Origin: Bacteroidia bacterium | Lineage (GTDB): Bacteria > Bacteroidota > Bacteroidia > NS11-12g > UBA955 | Length of the DNA: 64,000 nt | Direction of reading: 5' to 3' | Assembly (NCBI GenBank): GCA_044224315.1 | Contig: JBGAKR010000001.1 | Location: 834,827-898,826 of the forward strand | Part shown: piece by piece, positions 49,668-58,251 of the stretch | Layout: each line of letters starts with the position of its first letter | Numbering within the stretch: position 1 is the first letter of the stretch | The notes under the pieces: model-generated | Seen by the model: only the letters and a program-made list of their open reading frames with translations | Databases searched by the model: none | Told to the model about the DNA's origin: nothing | Position numbers and translations under genes: made by a program

Positions 49668-50117
49668 ATGGAAGATACAACTTATTTATTGTTGGGAATA
49701 ATTTTTATAATATTCCTGCTCATTTACATTTCATTTATCAAAACGATAATAAAAACTATTGAATTAATTGCACCAGCCAATCGCCTTGTGCAGCCACAAG
49801 AAGCCTGGTATTTGTTAATCCCTGTGTTTTGCCTGATTTGGCAATTTTTGCTTGCCGGTCGTCTCGCCGATTCATTAAAAAATGAATTTATTTCACGCAA
49901 AATTGCACTCCCTTCAAAAAGGCCTACATTTGTTTCTGGACTTGTCTTAGGAATAAATCAAATTTTAATGTTCAGCCCCATTCTTGGTGGCCTTTTTTCT
50001 ATTTTATTCTTTATTCTGTTTGCTTCATATTGGATAGCAATCAAGGATACAAAGAATCAATTATTGGGTATTCCAAGTAAAAGTATTTTTGCCCAGCAAG
50101 ATGTCTTGGAGGATTGA
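49668..50117 (+). CDS. Hypothetical membrane protein
   Basis: 149 aa, several TM segments, W.LLIP motif. Confidence 0.75.
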   Translation: MEDTTYLLLGIIFIIFLLIYISFIKTIIKTIELIAPANRLVQPQEAWYLLIPVFCLIWQFLLAGRLADSLKNEFISRKIALPSKRPTFVSGLVLGINQILMFSPILGGLFSILFFILFASYWIAIKDTKNQLLGIPSKSIFAQQDVLED

Positions 50118-50142
50118 ATTTAGGCCATTAAAAGATTCTTAA

Positions 50143-50490
50143 AATAGCCAATAAAGCCTGCTCCCTGTAAGAATGGAAAATGTAAAATGCAGAATGTAGA
50201 ATTTGACAGCCGGGTGCAAAGCGCAATCCGCCACATTTTCAAAGGGCGGAGCAAAGTGCAATGGACAGCCGATTATAATGTAAAATGTAACAGCCTTCCT
50301 CCGCGACCACTGCACCCCACTCCCTGTAAGAATGGAATATGCTTGCCCGAACTTGAAAGGGGCGGGGAAAATGTAGCAGCCATCCTCCGCGACCACTGCC
50401 CCCCACTCCCCCCGCCACATTTTCAATGGGCGGGCCCTGCTCCCTCCAAGGCTGTTGCTATTCCCTATTCCCCATTCCCCATTCCCTATC
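50143..50490. repeat. Composite intergenic repeat region
   Basis: Direct repeats CTCCCTGTAAGAATGGAA (50161, 50320) and CAGCC.TCCTCCGCGACCACTGC (50291, 50377); CCGCC..GGCGG hairpins (50228, 50411); heptamer arrays; ACAGCC/GGCTGT motifs. Confidence 0.85.
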
Positions 50491-50526
50491 TAAAATATTC
50501 CTACCTTTGTAACGTTTAATATACAA

Positions 50527-51183
50527 ATGCGGGGCAAATACCTGAATGTCATTCTCGGTTTTGTGGTGATTTTCTCACTTTTGTTTTTTCATGGAAGTAA
50601 AAATATTCAAAATTTAACTTTCAAAACTGGTGAGGGTGATAAAAATAATGCGCATGAAAATGCTAAATCTATTTCACAAAAAAATGCTTTAGATACCGCT
50701 GCTAAATACCGTACTTGGCTGCAAAAAAATGGGTATTCAACCCGCTTGCTTTTTTTGGCCGATATGAAATTATCTATGGAATTAAAACGATTTTATGTAA
50801 TTAATTTAGACAGCAATAAAATACTGAATACTTTTTTGGTGGCCCACGGAAGCGGCAAAGGAAGCACGGCCGATAGTGCTGTGTGCAGCAATATTCTCGG
50901 TAGTTTATGCTCATCTTTAGGCAAATATTCCATTCTTCCCAAAGACACTTTATGGGGCGAATACGGCAAAGGATACTGGATGAACGGCCTGGATAAAACC
51001 AACAATAATGCGCGCAAACGCCTCATTGTTTTTCACTACTACATACCCCAAACCACCGAAGAATTCGGCGAACACAATTTCTTCTCCAGCGGCTGCCCCA
51101 TGCTGGCCCAAAGCAGTTTCCACTTCTGCGATTCACTGCTGAAGTTAGAGTCGAAAGCGGTACTCTTTTATCAGTATAGATAA
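50527..51183 (+). CDS. Murein L,D-transpeptidase catalytic-domain (YkuD_2-like) protein
   Basis: VAHGSG, SSLG, GLD..N.NAR.R.IV.H, S.GCP. Confidence 0.85.
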   Translation: MRGKYLNVILGFVVIFSLLFFHGSKNIQNLTFKTGEGDKNNAHENAKSISQKNALDTAAKYRTWLQKNGYSTRLLFLADMKLSMELKRFYVINLDSNKILNTFLVAHGSGKGSTADSAVCSNILGSLCSSLGKYSILPKDTLWGEYGKGYWMNGLDKTNNNARKRLIVFHYYIPQTTEEFGEHNFFSSGCPMLAQSSFHFCDSLLKLESKAVLFYQYR

Positions 51184-51836
51184 CAGCCGATATCGGATCT
51201 TGGATTTTGGATAGCGGATTTTAGATTTGTTAACGCTTGACTGCAAATTGCACGTCCTATTTTACTTATATTTGGTTAATACTTTTTTTATTGCCACTTT
51301 GTAGAACTTATGACCAGAAGAAAAAAAGTTTTTCTACAAACAAAAATCATTGCCAACACTTATGTTGTTGAATGAGTTATAAGAATCTAGAAATTTGGAA
51401 GATTGCCCGCACATTAAGTATTGAAATTCATAAAATAAGCTTAAAACTACCAAAATACGAATTATATGAAACTGGCAGTCAGGCGCGGCGATCGGCTAAA
51501 TCGGTCCGTTCAAATATTGTTGAAGGTTTTGGAAGAAGGAAATATAAATCAGAGTTTATCAGGTTTATTATAATTGCATTGGCAAGTTGCGACGAAACCA
51601 TTGACCATATAGAAACGCTAATTGAATGTCACTCACTTACTGATGATTCGGATATGCTCGACTTACTGCAGAGGTATCAATTATTAGCCAAGAAAATATC
51701 AAAATTCATCCAGGCCCTTGAAAGCGGCCACAATGCAAATTCACCAACTAATTAAACATTTCAACCAATAAACAAAAATCTGGCATCTATTTTCAAACAT
51801 CTGATATCCAATATCGGCTATCCGATATCGGCTGTT
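51182..51836. repeat. 17-bp perfect inverted repeat plus heptamer arrays flanking a four-helix-bundle gene
   Basis: AACAGCCGATATCGGAT (51182-51198) and ATCCGATATCGGCTGTT (51820-51836). Confidence 0.85.
51372..51755 (+). CDS. Four-helix-bundle protein (23S rRNA IVP / bAvd-like family)
   Basis: YKNLEIW, LPKYE.Y..SQ.RRSA.SV..NIVEG.GR..F..F..IA.AS..ET. Confidence 0.92.
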   Translation: MSYKNLEIWKIARTLSIEIHKISLKLPKYELYETGSQARRSAKSVRSNIVEGFGRRKYKSEFIRFIIIALASCDETIDHIETLIECHSLTDDSDMLDLLQRYQLLAKKISKFIQALESGHNANSPTN

Positions 51837-51853
51837 TGTATTATCTTCGCCCC

Positions 51854-52300
51854 ATGTCACTCGTAGATCAGGTAAACGAAGGTATTAAAGAGGCTATGAA
51901 GGCCCGAAATGAAGGTAGATTGCGTGCTTTGCGCAGTATTAAATCGGCTTTTTTACTATTGGCTTCGGCCGAGGGTGGAGCCGAAGTTACCGATGAAGCC
52001 TGTATCAAAGCCATTCAAAAACTAGCCAAACAGCGCAAGGATAGCATCGATATTTTTGTGGCACAAAACCGCACCGACCTGGCTGACCGCGAAAAAGAAG
52101 AGTTGGCCGTAATTGAAGAGTTCTTACCCGCCCAAATGGGTGAAGCTGAGGTTGAGGCCAAAATCAAGGAAATTATTGCACAAGTAGGTGCCACCGGTGC
52201 CAAAGACATGGGCAAGGTAATCCCCGTAGCCATGAAAACCCTGGGCGGACAAGCCGAAGGAAAGCTCATCAGCGAAATTGTGAAACGATTGCTGGCTTAA
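51854..52300 (+). CDS. GatB/YqeY domain protein
   Basis: KEAMKAR, KQRKDS, FLP.Q, KDMGKV; ATG 51854. Confidence 0.93.
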   Translation: MSLVDQVNEGIKEAMKARNEGRLRALRSIKSAFLLLASAEGGAEVTDEACIKAIQKLAKQRKDSIDIFVAQNRTDLADREKEELAVIEEFLPAQMGEAEVEAKIKEIIAQVGATGAKDMGKVIPVAMKTLGGQAEGKLISEIVKRLLA

Positions 52301-52315
52301 TAATTATTTTATTCC

Positions 52316-52352
52316 GTTAATTTAATTGCGATTTTTTTGCAATTAAATTAAC
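52316..52352. terminator. AT-rich hairpin between convergent genes (possible terminator)
   Basis: 14-bp perfect inverted repeat GTTAATTTAATTGC / GCAATTAAATTAAC. Confidence 0.5.
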
Positions 52353-52361
52353 TATTTTCAC

Positions 52362-53198
52362 TTACAAAAACAATCCCAAAGCTTCAGCTACTTTGCCTTC
52401 TGCAATCAGTTGCACTGCGGCGTGTTCGGGGTCGGTATTGCTATGCAGGGCCTTGGTTCCGGCTATGAGTTCCTCGTGAGGCATTTCCAATAATCCGGCC
52501 ATTTTTCCTATATCATTGGCCGATAAAATAGTGCTGTTTTTAATGGCTTCCGGCAGTGCATCATACCCAATGGTTTTTTGCATAGGTTGGGGCAATTGAA
52601 ACATGTTCTCAGGTGTGGCATGGCAATACCAGGCACCACCCATACGTGCCACCAAATCCATTTTGCGCGGATCGATTTTGCCTTCCTCATTCAAAACCGA
52701 CTCGTGGATATGCATACGTATTACCTCTGCAATTACCAGATTACCTGCACTGGCTCCGTGGCCCAGCTCTTTGCATTCAATTACTTTGCATTCCATTTGC
52801 ACCGGACTTTCGGCCACCCTATAGGGTTTTACCAAATCGGAAGCGATGGGGGTAAAGCCTGCTTTTTCAAATTCCGAAACGCCTTTTTCCCAGGGTGCAG
52901 CCGCAACGTTCATTTTTTGTACTATGTCAAAATTCACCACATTTATCACCACCTCGGGCACTTCTTTCACATTCAGCCAGGTATGCTTGGGCGTACCATC
53001 GCGGCCCGAATTATTGGGCGCAAAAATGAGGATTGGGGGCTTGGCCGAGAATACATTGAAAAACGAAAAAGGCGCCAGGTTCATATTCCCCTCCGCATTT
53101 ACAGTGCTGGCAAAACAGATAGGGCGCGGTCCTACTGCACCCAACAGGTACTGGTGCATTTGGGGTACGGTAACTTCTTCTGGCCTGATGGTAATCAT
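52362..53198 (-). CDS. Flavin reductase family protein
   Basis: PRPI..AST, NLAPFSFFN, ESPVQMEC, RMGG.WY. Confidence 0.9.
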   Translation of the reverse strand: MITIRPEEVTVPQMHQYLLGAVGPRPICFASTVNAEGNMNLAPFSFFNVFSAKPPILIFAPNNSGRDGTPKHTWLNVKEVPEVVINVVNFDIVQKMNVAAAPWEKGVSEFEKAGFTPIASDLVKPYRVAESPVQMECKVIECKELGHGASAGNLVIAEVIRMHIHESVLNEEGKIDPRKMDLVARMGGAWYCHATPENMFQLPQPMQKTIGYDALPEAIKNSTILSANDIGKMAGLLEMPHEELIAGTKALHSNTDPEHAAVQLIAEGKVAEALGLFL

Positions 53199-53268
53199 GG
53201 TGCAAAGATATATTAAAACAAGAGGCCTATTCTTTCCAAATTTTACTCTAAATCGTTATATTCGCAGT

Positions 53269-53445
53269 ATGCTGCTTAAAGAACAAGTTATAAAAATAAT
53301 AGATGCCTTGCCCGAAAATTCAAGTGCCGAAGAAATGATTGAGAAAATTATCTTTATTGATAAAGTTGAAAAAGGATTGGATCAAGCTAAGACTGGAAAA
53401 ATTATCAGCGATTCAAAATTGGACACGGAGATTGAAAAATGGTAA
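53269..53445 (+). CDS. Putative type II antitoxin (58 aa)
   Basis: MLLKEQVIKIIDALP..IEKIIFIDKVEKGL..GK; overlaps the toxin start. Confidence 0.8.
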   Translation: MLLKEQVIKIIDALPENSSAEEMIEKIIFIDKVEKGLDQAKTGKIISDSKLDTEIEKW

Positions 53446-53720
53446 AAATAGAATGGTCAGAACTAGCCAAATCTGACCTATTCCATATATTTCAATATAT
53501 AGCTGCAGACTCGGCTCACTATGCAAAAGAGCATGTAAAAAAACTAAAAGCTCAAACGACTATTCTTCGCAAATTTCCGGAAATAGGGCGCATTGTACCT
53601 GAATTTGAAATTCAAACAATACGAGAAATAATTTATAAGAATTATCGAATTGTATATTTAATCAAAGATAACAAATCAATAATTATTTTAACCATCTTTC
53701 ATGGTTCCAGATTACTTTAA
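53439..53720 (+). CDS. RelE/ParE-family toxin
   Basis: IEWS..A..DL..I..YIA.DS, FP.IGR.VPE, RE..Y..YRIVY, IFHGSR. Confidence 0.9.
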   Translation: MVKIEWSELAKSDLFHIFQYIAADSAHYAKEHVKKLKAQTTILRKFPEIGRIVPEFEIQTIREIIYKNYRIVYLIKDNKSIIILTIFHGSRLL

Positions 53721-53759
53721 CTATAAGTGCATACAATTGCGTTAGGAAATCTTAATTGA

Positions 53760-53969
53760 AATAATCATTTAGACATTCTCAGCATTAATTGGACTCTATG
53801 CGGAAAAATTGAGAAAATAACTCGCATAAGAAGACGTACCAAAGCCAACCACGAATTTGGCTACGATGCAGGTGGCAACCGTTTGTGGAAAAAAGTAAAA
53901 CCCAAACCCTTGAATGCCGCCACTGAAAAAATTTATTATTATCTTCGTGCTGCAAGTCCTCGCTTGTAA
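53760..53969 (+). pseudogene. Start-less RHS/YD-repeat fragment (not in ORF track)
   Basis: Frame reads INWTLCGKIEKITR..EFGYDAGGNRLWKKV..YYYLRAAS. Confidence 0.7.
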
Positions 53970-54049
53970 AGCGGGAATGCGCATGTGAACAAACACAGTG
54001 CTAAGTACGAGGTAACGAGTTCCAATTATTATAAATAAATTACGAGTAA

Positions 54050-55422
54050 ATGTGCAGGTACCAGCAATATACAATTGGCAGCAACCATGTAGTTTTTGTT
54101 TCTGAGAGGCAATCCATCTTTGGCAGCAACCGTCATGGGGCCAAGCACCGCAAGGATACCCTGCGTCTCGGCGCAAACAATTATACGTCTTCAGGAGCTA
54201 CTGTGATCAGGCCGATGGCTATGACGGAGTATGAGCTGAGTAACCACCCGGGCAATTTCAATGGTTGTGTAACTTTTGAAAAAAGTTATTACAAACATGA
54301 ATCCCGAATGAAGCAAATGCAAACTTCGGGAGTATTGGAAACAGTTGCCGACAAAAAGCTTTACAAAACTTCCATGGCCGGTAATTACTTTGAAGCGGAG
54401 ATTGTAAGCATCACAGATTACTATCCATTTGGTAGCGTAATGCAAACACGCAGCTACACAGCCAGGGCGGGTAGGTTTGGGTTTAATGGGAAGGAAAAAG
54501 ATATCGAAGTATTGGAAGGTGCTTACGCATTTGAAGCCAGAATTTTTGATAGCAGGTTGGGTAAGTTTATGAGCCTTGATCCCCGAATGGGTGAATATGT
54601 ATGGCAAACACCGTATGCATATTTTAGCAATAGCCCAGTAGCCATTTTAGATATAGCAGGTATGGGTGGACCCTATCAAGCCGATGATGCACAATCCACT
54701 GGGTGTGCTTTTCAAGGATGTCCGGATGGGCCAGCTTCTTCTCGGTCTGCTGTAGGTGCTTCGAGTAGTTCCAATGTTTTATGGCATTCCCCAATGGTGG
54801 CGCCTGCCGTGCAAACAGTAAATAATGCGAGCCAGAATACGCAATCTAGCAGCAACCAAGGCACAAGACCTGCCCAAGCAAATAACACAGGCAGCACTGC
54901 AACAGTAAATCAGAATGGCCAAGCAGAAAATCCTAATGAGCCCTATGCTAGTGATTTTGTTGGACCGCTGCCAGAATATTCTAGGAAGCAAGATGAGCCT
55001 ACGAATAATGTGACAATAACAAATTTCAAACCTAGTGGAGCTGTTATTGCGTTGCCAACGAATCCATTAAATATAAAAGTAAAAAAAGTGGGAGATGCCT
55101 ATTATGTAAATGTATATTACGATGAAACTTTCATTGATCTTTCATTTCCATATAACATTGACCATGTCACAACGGGTTTTTTTTTATGATGTTCAACCCA
55201 GTAAGTGTTGCCGGTACTAAAATGGATAAGTCTAAGGTCCAAATTTTTGCTGCTGCCTGCATAGATGGCGCAAGATGGGCAACATTTAGAAGTGTGGAGG
55301 GTGGTTATAATGTGAATGGAAGTTCTTTCATAGAGGTGCTTAAAACTGAGATGTTACCATTTGGTAGTACAGGATCTTATAACGTACCAGGAGTTCCAAT
55401 TACCATTTTAGATTATTTGTAA
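54050..55422 (+). pseudogene. Orphan RHS-core protein with variable C-terminal tip, apparently split at a T9 run (54050-55189 and 55186-55422)
   Basis: YELSNH.GN, DYYPFG, FGFNGKEKD, ARIFDSRLG.F.S.DP, PYAY..N.P. Confidence 0.75.
54437..54501 (+). repeat. Left arm of 65-bp inverted repeat (RHS core)
   Basis: 63/65 identical to the reverse complement of 57890-57954. Confidence 0.92.
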
Positions 55423-55509
55423 CAACCGCATTGTGTATATGTTATTTGTTGGTTCAAATCATGAATAAATTTTTCTGTTAAGGAACTGAAAAAATAATTA
55501 GCTATAAAT

Positions 55510-56268
55510 ATGATATATTCAAATAATTCAATTCGGGAAAGTGTCCAAACAAACTTGAGAATTGACCAACTGATATCAGCAATTAAAGGATCAATAGAGA
55601 ATATTGTAATTGGAAAGATTGAAGTTTTAGAAAAAATTAATTCTGGATTTGAATTATTAAAAAATGAAATCCATGAACCTAGGCGGATGAAAATGTTAAT
55701 GGACATTTCTCCTAATAAAGGCAATGTAACTGATTACCAAATAATGTTTTATTTATATTCGATTTTGACACCTGAAAAATTGAATAGTCTTCGCAAGTGG
55801 GTTACTTCAAATGAAAGTATAAGAGCAAGTTCTAAGTATAACGTTAAAGTTGTTTTGAACATATATCATAATTTAATTGATATGAGAAAATTATATACAA
55901 AACAACTCTTATATAGCACCGATGAAACCGGTAATTGTACATTGACATTTGAAAAGTTAACAAGCACAATCCAAAAAGGGGTAGAAAACATATTGTTAGA
56001 TAGAGGTCAAAAAGTACCAACCAAGCTAATCATTGGCTTGCTTGAAGTCCTTAAAAGAGAGTTATTTTACTCAAATTCGACAAGGATGTTTTCACATGAA
56101 TTCATTGAAGCGGATGATTTGGTAATGGATTTTTTGTATTCAATGCTTAGTACAGAGAAGTCAAATATCCTAAGAATATGGTTGAATAGAAAGGAGATTC
56201 CTATAATACAAAATAAACAAGAATTAGGTATCATTACTAGTATTTATGTTCCAGATTGGCACGTTTAA
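55510..56268 (+). CDS. Hypothetical protein with internal duplication, putative immunity protein
   Basis: Directly downstream of the RHS tip; two ~120-aa halves align. Confidence 0.7.
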   Translation: MIYSNNSIRESVQTNLRIDQLISAIKGSIENIVIGKIEVLEKINSGFELLKNEIHEPRRMKMLMDISPNKGNVTDYQIMFYLYSILTPEKLNSLRKWVTSNESIRASSKYNVKVVLNIYHNLIDMRKLYTKQLLYSTDETGNCTLTFEKLTSTIQKGVENILLDRGQKVPTKLIIGLLEVLKRELFYSNSTRMFSHEFIEADDLVMDFLYSMLSTEKSNILRIWLNRKEIPIIQNKQELGIITSIYVPDWHV

Positions 56269-56699
56269 TGTATTAATTTTCTGCCGTTTAAGGTGCCTCA
56301 ACCTGTAAGAAAAATAATCATACTTGCAAATCCAAAACCGCAAGCTAAATTTGTGAAACAACTACGCAGTAAATTTTTCCCGCGGTTGGTCTCCCTCCAT
56401 TCCATGTAAGCCCACGGTGAAGTGCACCTAACAAAGTTAAATTGTAGGCTCCCCTTTTTTCGGACCATTCAAAATTAGAATTTTAGGGTCTATTTTCCAA
56501 TAGTTCATATTCAATTGGAGTTAAATAATTAAGTGATTTGTGTAGCTATTGTGATTGTAATTGTTGATAAAGGCAGATGCAAGTTCCATAACTTAGCCCA
56601 GCTTAGCAACATAATTCGTATTTCATAAATCTCTTTTTAAGGAGCTCTTAATTTCCTCTATTTAATATTCTCTTGGGATTCACAAGTCTTTAAGATTTG

Positions 56700-57119
56700 C
56701 TAATACTTTATATATTTGGAATAAGTAAAAGTATTCATTTCAATATCAAAAATGATAAAATACTTAGTTCTTTTATTTCTTTTTGACAGAGTTTGGGAAA
56801 TTAATAAAAATTCACCACAACGCATTATTGAATGCGCATTGGATTTTGAAATTTTAACTCCAGACTCTTTTCTGATTTCTCTGCGATAATTTTTAATAAT
56901 TTTAATCACTAATTCGTAATCTAATTTTGTATTAACGATTAAATTGGTATCGATTTTTACATTAATATTTGGTTTAAATGCCCTAATATAATTTATACAT
57001 TCAACACTTTGAGTTGAATCAGTTATAACTCCATTTTGCGCATTTAATTTATATGTATGCGAACTAAAGTAAATAAAAAGTACCAAACCAATATTTAATA
57101 TTCTAATTTTCGCCATCAT
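56700..57119 (-). CDS. Putative immunity protein with signal peptide
   Basis: Overlaps toxin ORF end by 17 bp; hydrophobic N-terminus ending LNAQ. Confidence 0.65.
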   Translation of the reverse strand: MMAKIRILNIGLVLFIYFSSHTYKLNAQNGVITDSTQSVECINYIRAFKPNINVKIDTNLIVNTKLDYELVIKIIKNYRREIRKESGVKISKSNAHSIMRCGEFLLISQTLSKRNKRTKYFIIFDIEMNTFTYSKYIKY

Positions 57120-58089
57120 CTTGGTAATCCCTTTTTAATTTTCTATCAATTCTCTTTGCTCTTTTACTCTCCGATTTTCCTTTCGCTGCAAGTTTTTCTT
57201 TACGCTGCTTCAATCTTTCATGTTTTCTATTTGCAACTGTATTAGTATTATCTTTATTTTTTGGTGAATCAACATCTCTAGGCATATCGCTATATAAAGG
57301 AATATAATCGTCTTCAATATTTTCATCATGAATTGCTGGATCATATTTTAACAAAAACCCGGAAGGTGTCACTACATACCCGATTTCTCCGCTTATTTCA
57401 TACTGATCCTTGTCCATCGGACCATAACGTTCAGGGTATTTAGCTTTACTAAAATAATCGTCCCCAAAACCGGTATATTCGGCATGGGTGTGGATATCTG
57501 CCACAATCTTTTTCCCTTTTGCCCACCAAATTTTATGTGGAAGAGAAGGACCCATGTTTTTTGAACCTTTTCTCGGTCTGATGTATGAATAGTAAGTTTT
57601 ACCATCCTTTTGAAATGAATATATTTTAGCCCCCGTCTCTCTACCTATCCTAATAGATTTTCCATTGTATAACAAACCAAAATCTCTTGCTGCCGCATCC
57701 ATAGTTTCAAATGTATCTCCCGGCTTTTCGCCGTTCAAATCAATCCATCTTATTGGATTGTTTAAAGCAAAGTAATAAGGAGAAAAACTCTGCTGTTCTT
57801 TAAATTTGGGATCGATTGACAAAAAAACGCCAACCCTTCCATCATAAATTCTGGCCCCAAAGTCATAATTTTCAGCAGTAGCATCACTCTCTTTTTCTTT
57901 CCCATTAAACCCAAATCTACCCGCCCTGGCTGTGTAGCTGCGTGTTTGCATTACATGGCGAGGCATGCTCACCATCAGGAGCAATGCCTCCTGACTACCA
58001 AATGGATTGTAATGTAAAACATTGGGCACCGCTGTATACATGTAACTTTGGGGCATTAAAAATTTGCTTGTATTGACAAATTTAACCAA
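57103..58089 (-). CDS. Orphan RHS-core protein with DUF4329 (JAB-like) toxin tip
   Basis: FGFNGKE, YDFGARIYD.R.G.F.S.DP, NNPI..IDLNG; then GD.F.T.DAAA.DF, RE.G, ADIHTH, FS..D, GYVVTPSG; start uncertain. Confidence 0.8.
   Translation of the reverse strand: MVKFVNTSKFLMPQSYMYTAVPNVLHYNPFGSQEALLLMVSMPRHVMQTRSYTARAGRFGFNGKEKESDATAENYDFGARIYDGRVGVFLSIDPKFKEQQSFSPYYFALNNPIRWIDLNGEKPGDTFETMDAAARDFGLLYNGKSIRIGRETGAKIYSFQKDGKTYYSYIRPRKGSKNMGPSLPHKIWWAKGKKIVADIHTHAEYTGFGDDYFSKAKYPERYGPMDKDQYEISGEIGYVVTPSGFLLKYDPAIHDENIEDDYIPLYSDMPRDVDSPKNKDNTNTVANRKHERLKQRKEKLAAKGKSESKRAKRIDRKLKRDYQDDGEN
57890..57954 (-). repeat. Right arm of 65-bp inverted repeat (RHS core)
   Basis: Reverse complement matches 54437-54501 at 63/65. 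Confidence 0.92.
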
Positions 58090-58251
58090 ATTTGGGCAGT
58101 TTTACAAGTTGAAATTTATGATTAATAACCTTTCAAAACCTAATTTATTGTTGGCTTTTGCAGAATTTATTAAAAAAGAAGCTAGAAAGAAAAACAAGTC
58201 TTTGGCGAAAAAACTGAGGGTGGACAACAATACTACAGTAAAATTATTGGC

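Noticed and set aside
50143-50490. Possible CRISPR array
   Set aside because: Repeats occur only twice each with irregular spacing, and there are no cas genes
51372-51755. Diversity-generating retroelement or 23S rRNA intervening sequence
   Set aside because: No reverse transcriptase, TR/VR pair or rRNA sequence in the window
53714-53748. attC-like TAAC...GTTAG after the toxin gene
   Set aside because: Too short, poor internal pairing and no integron integrase
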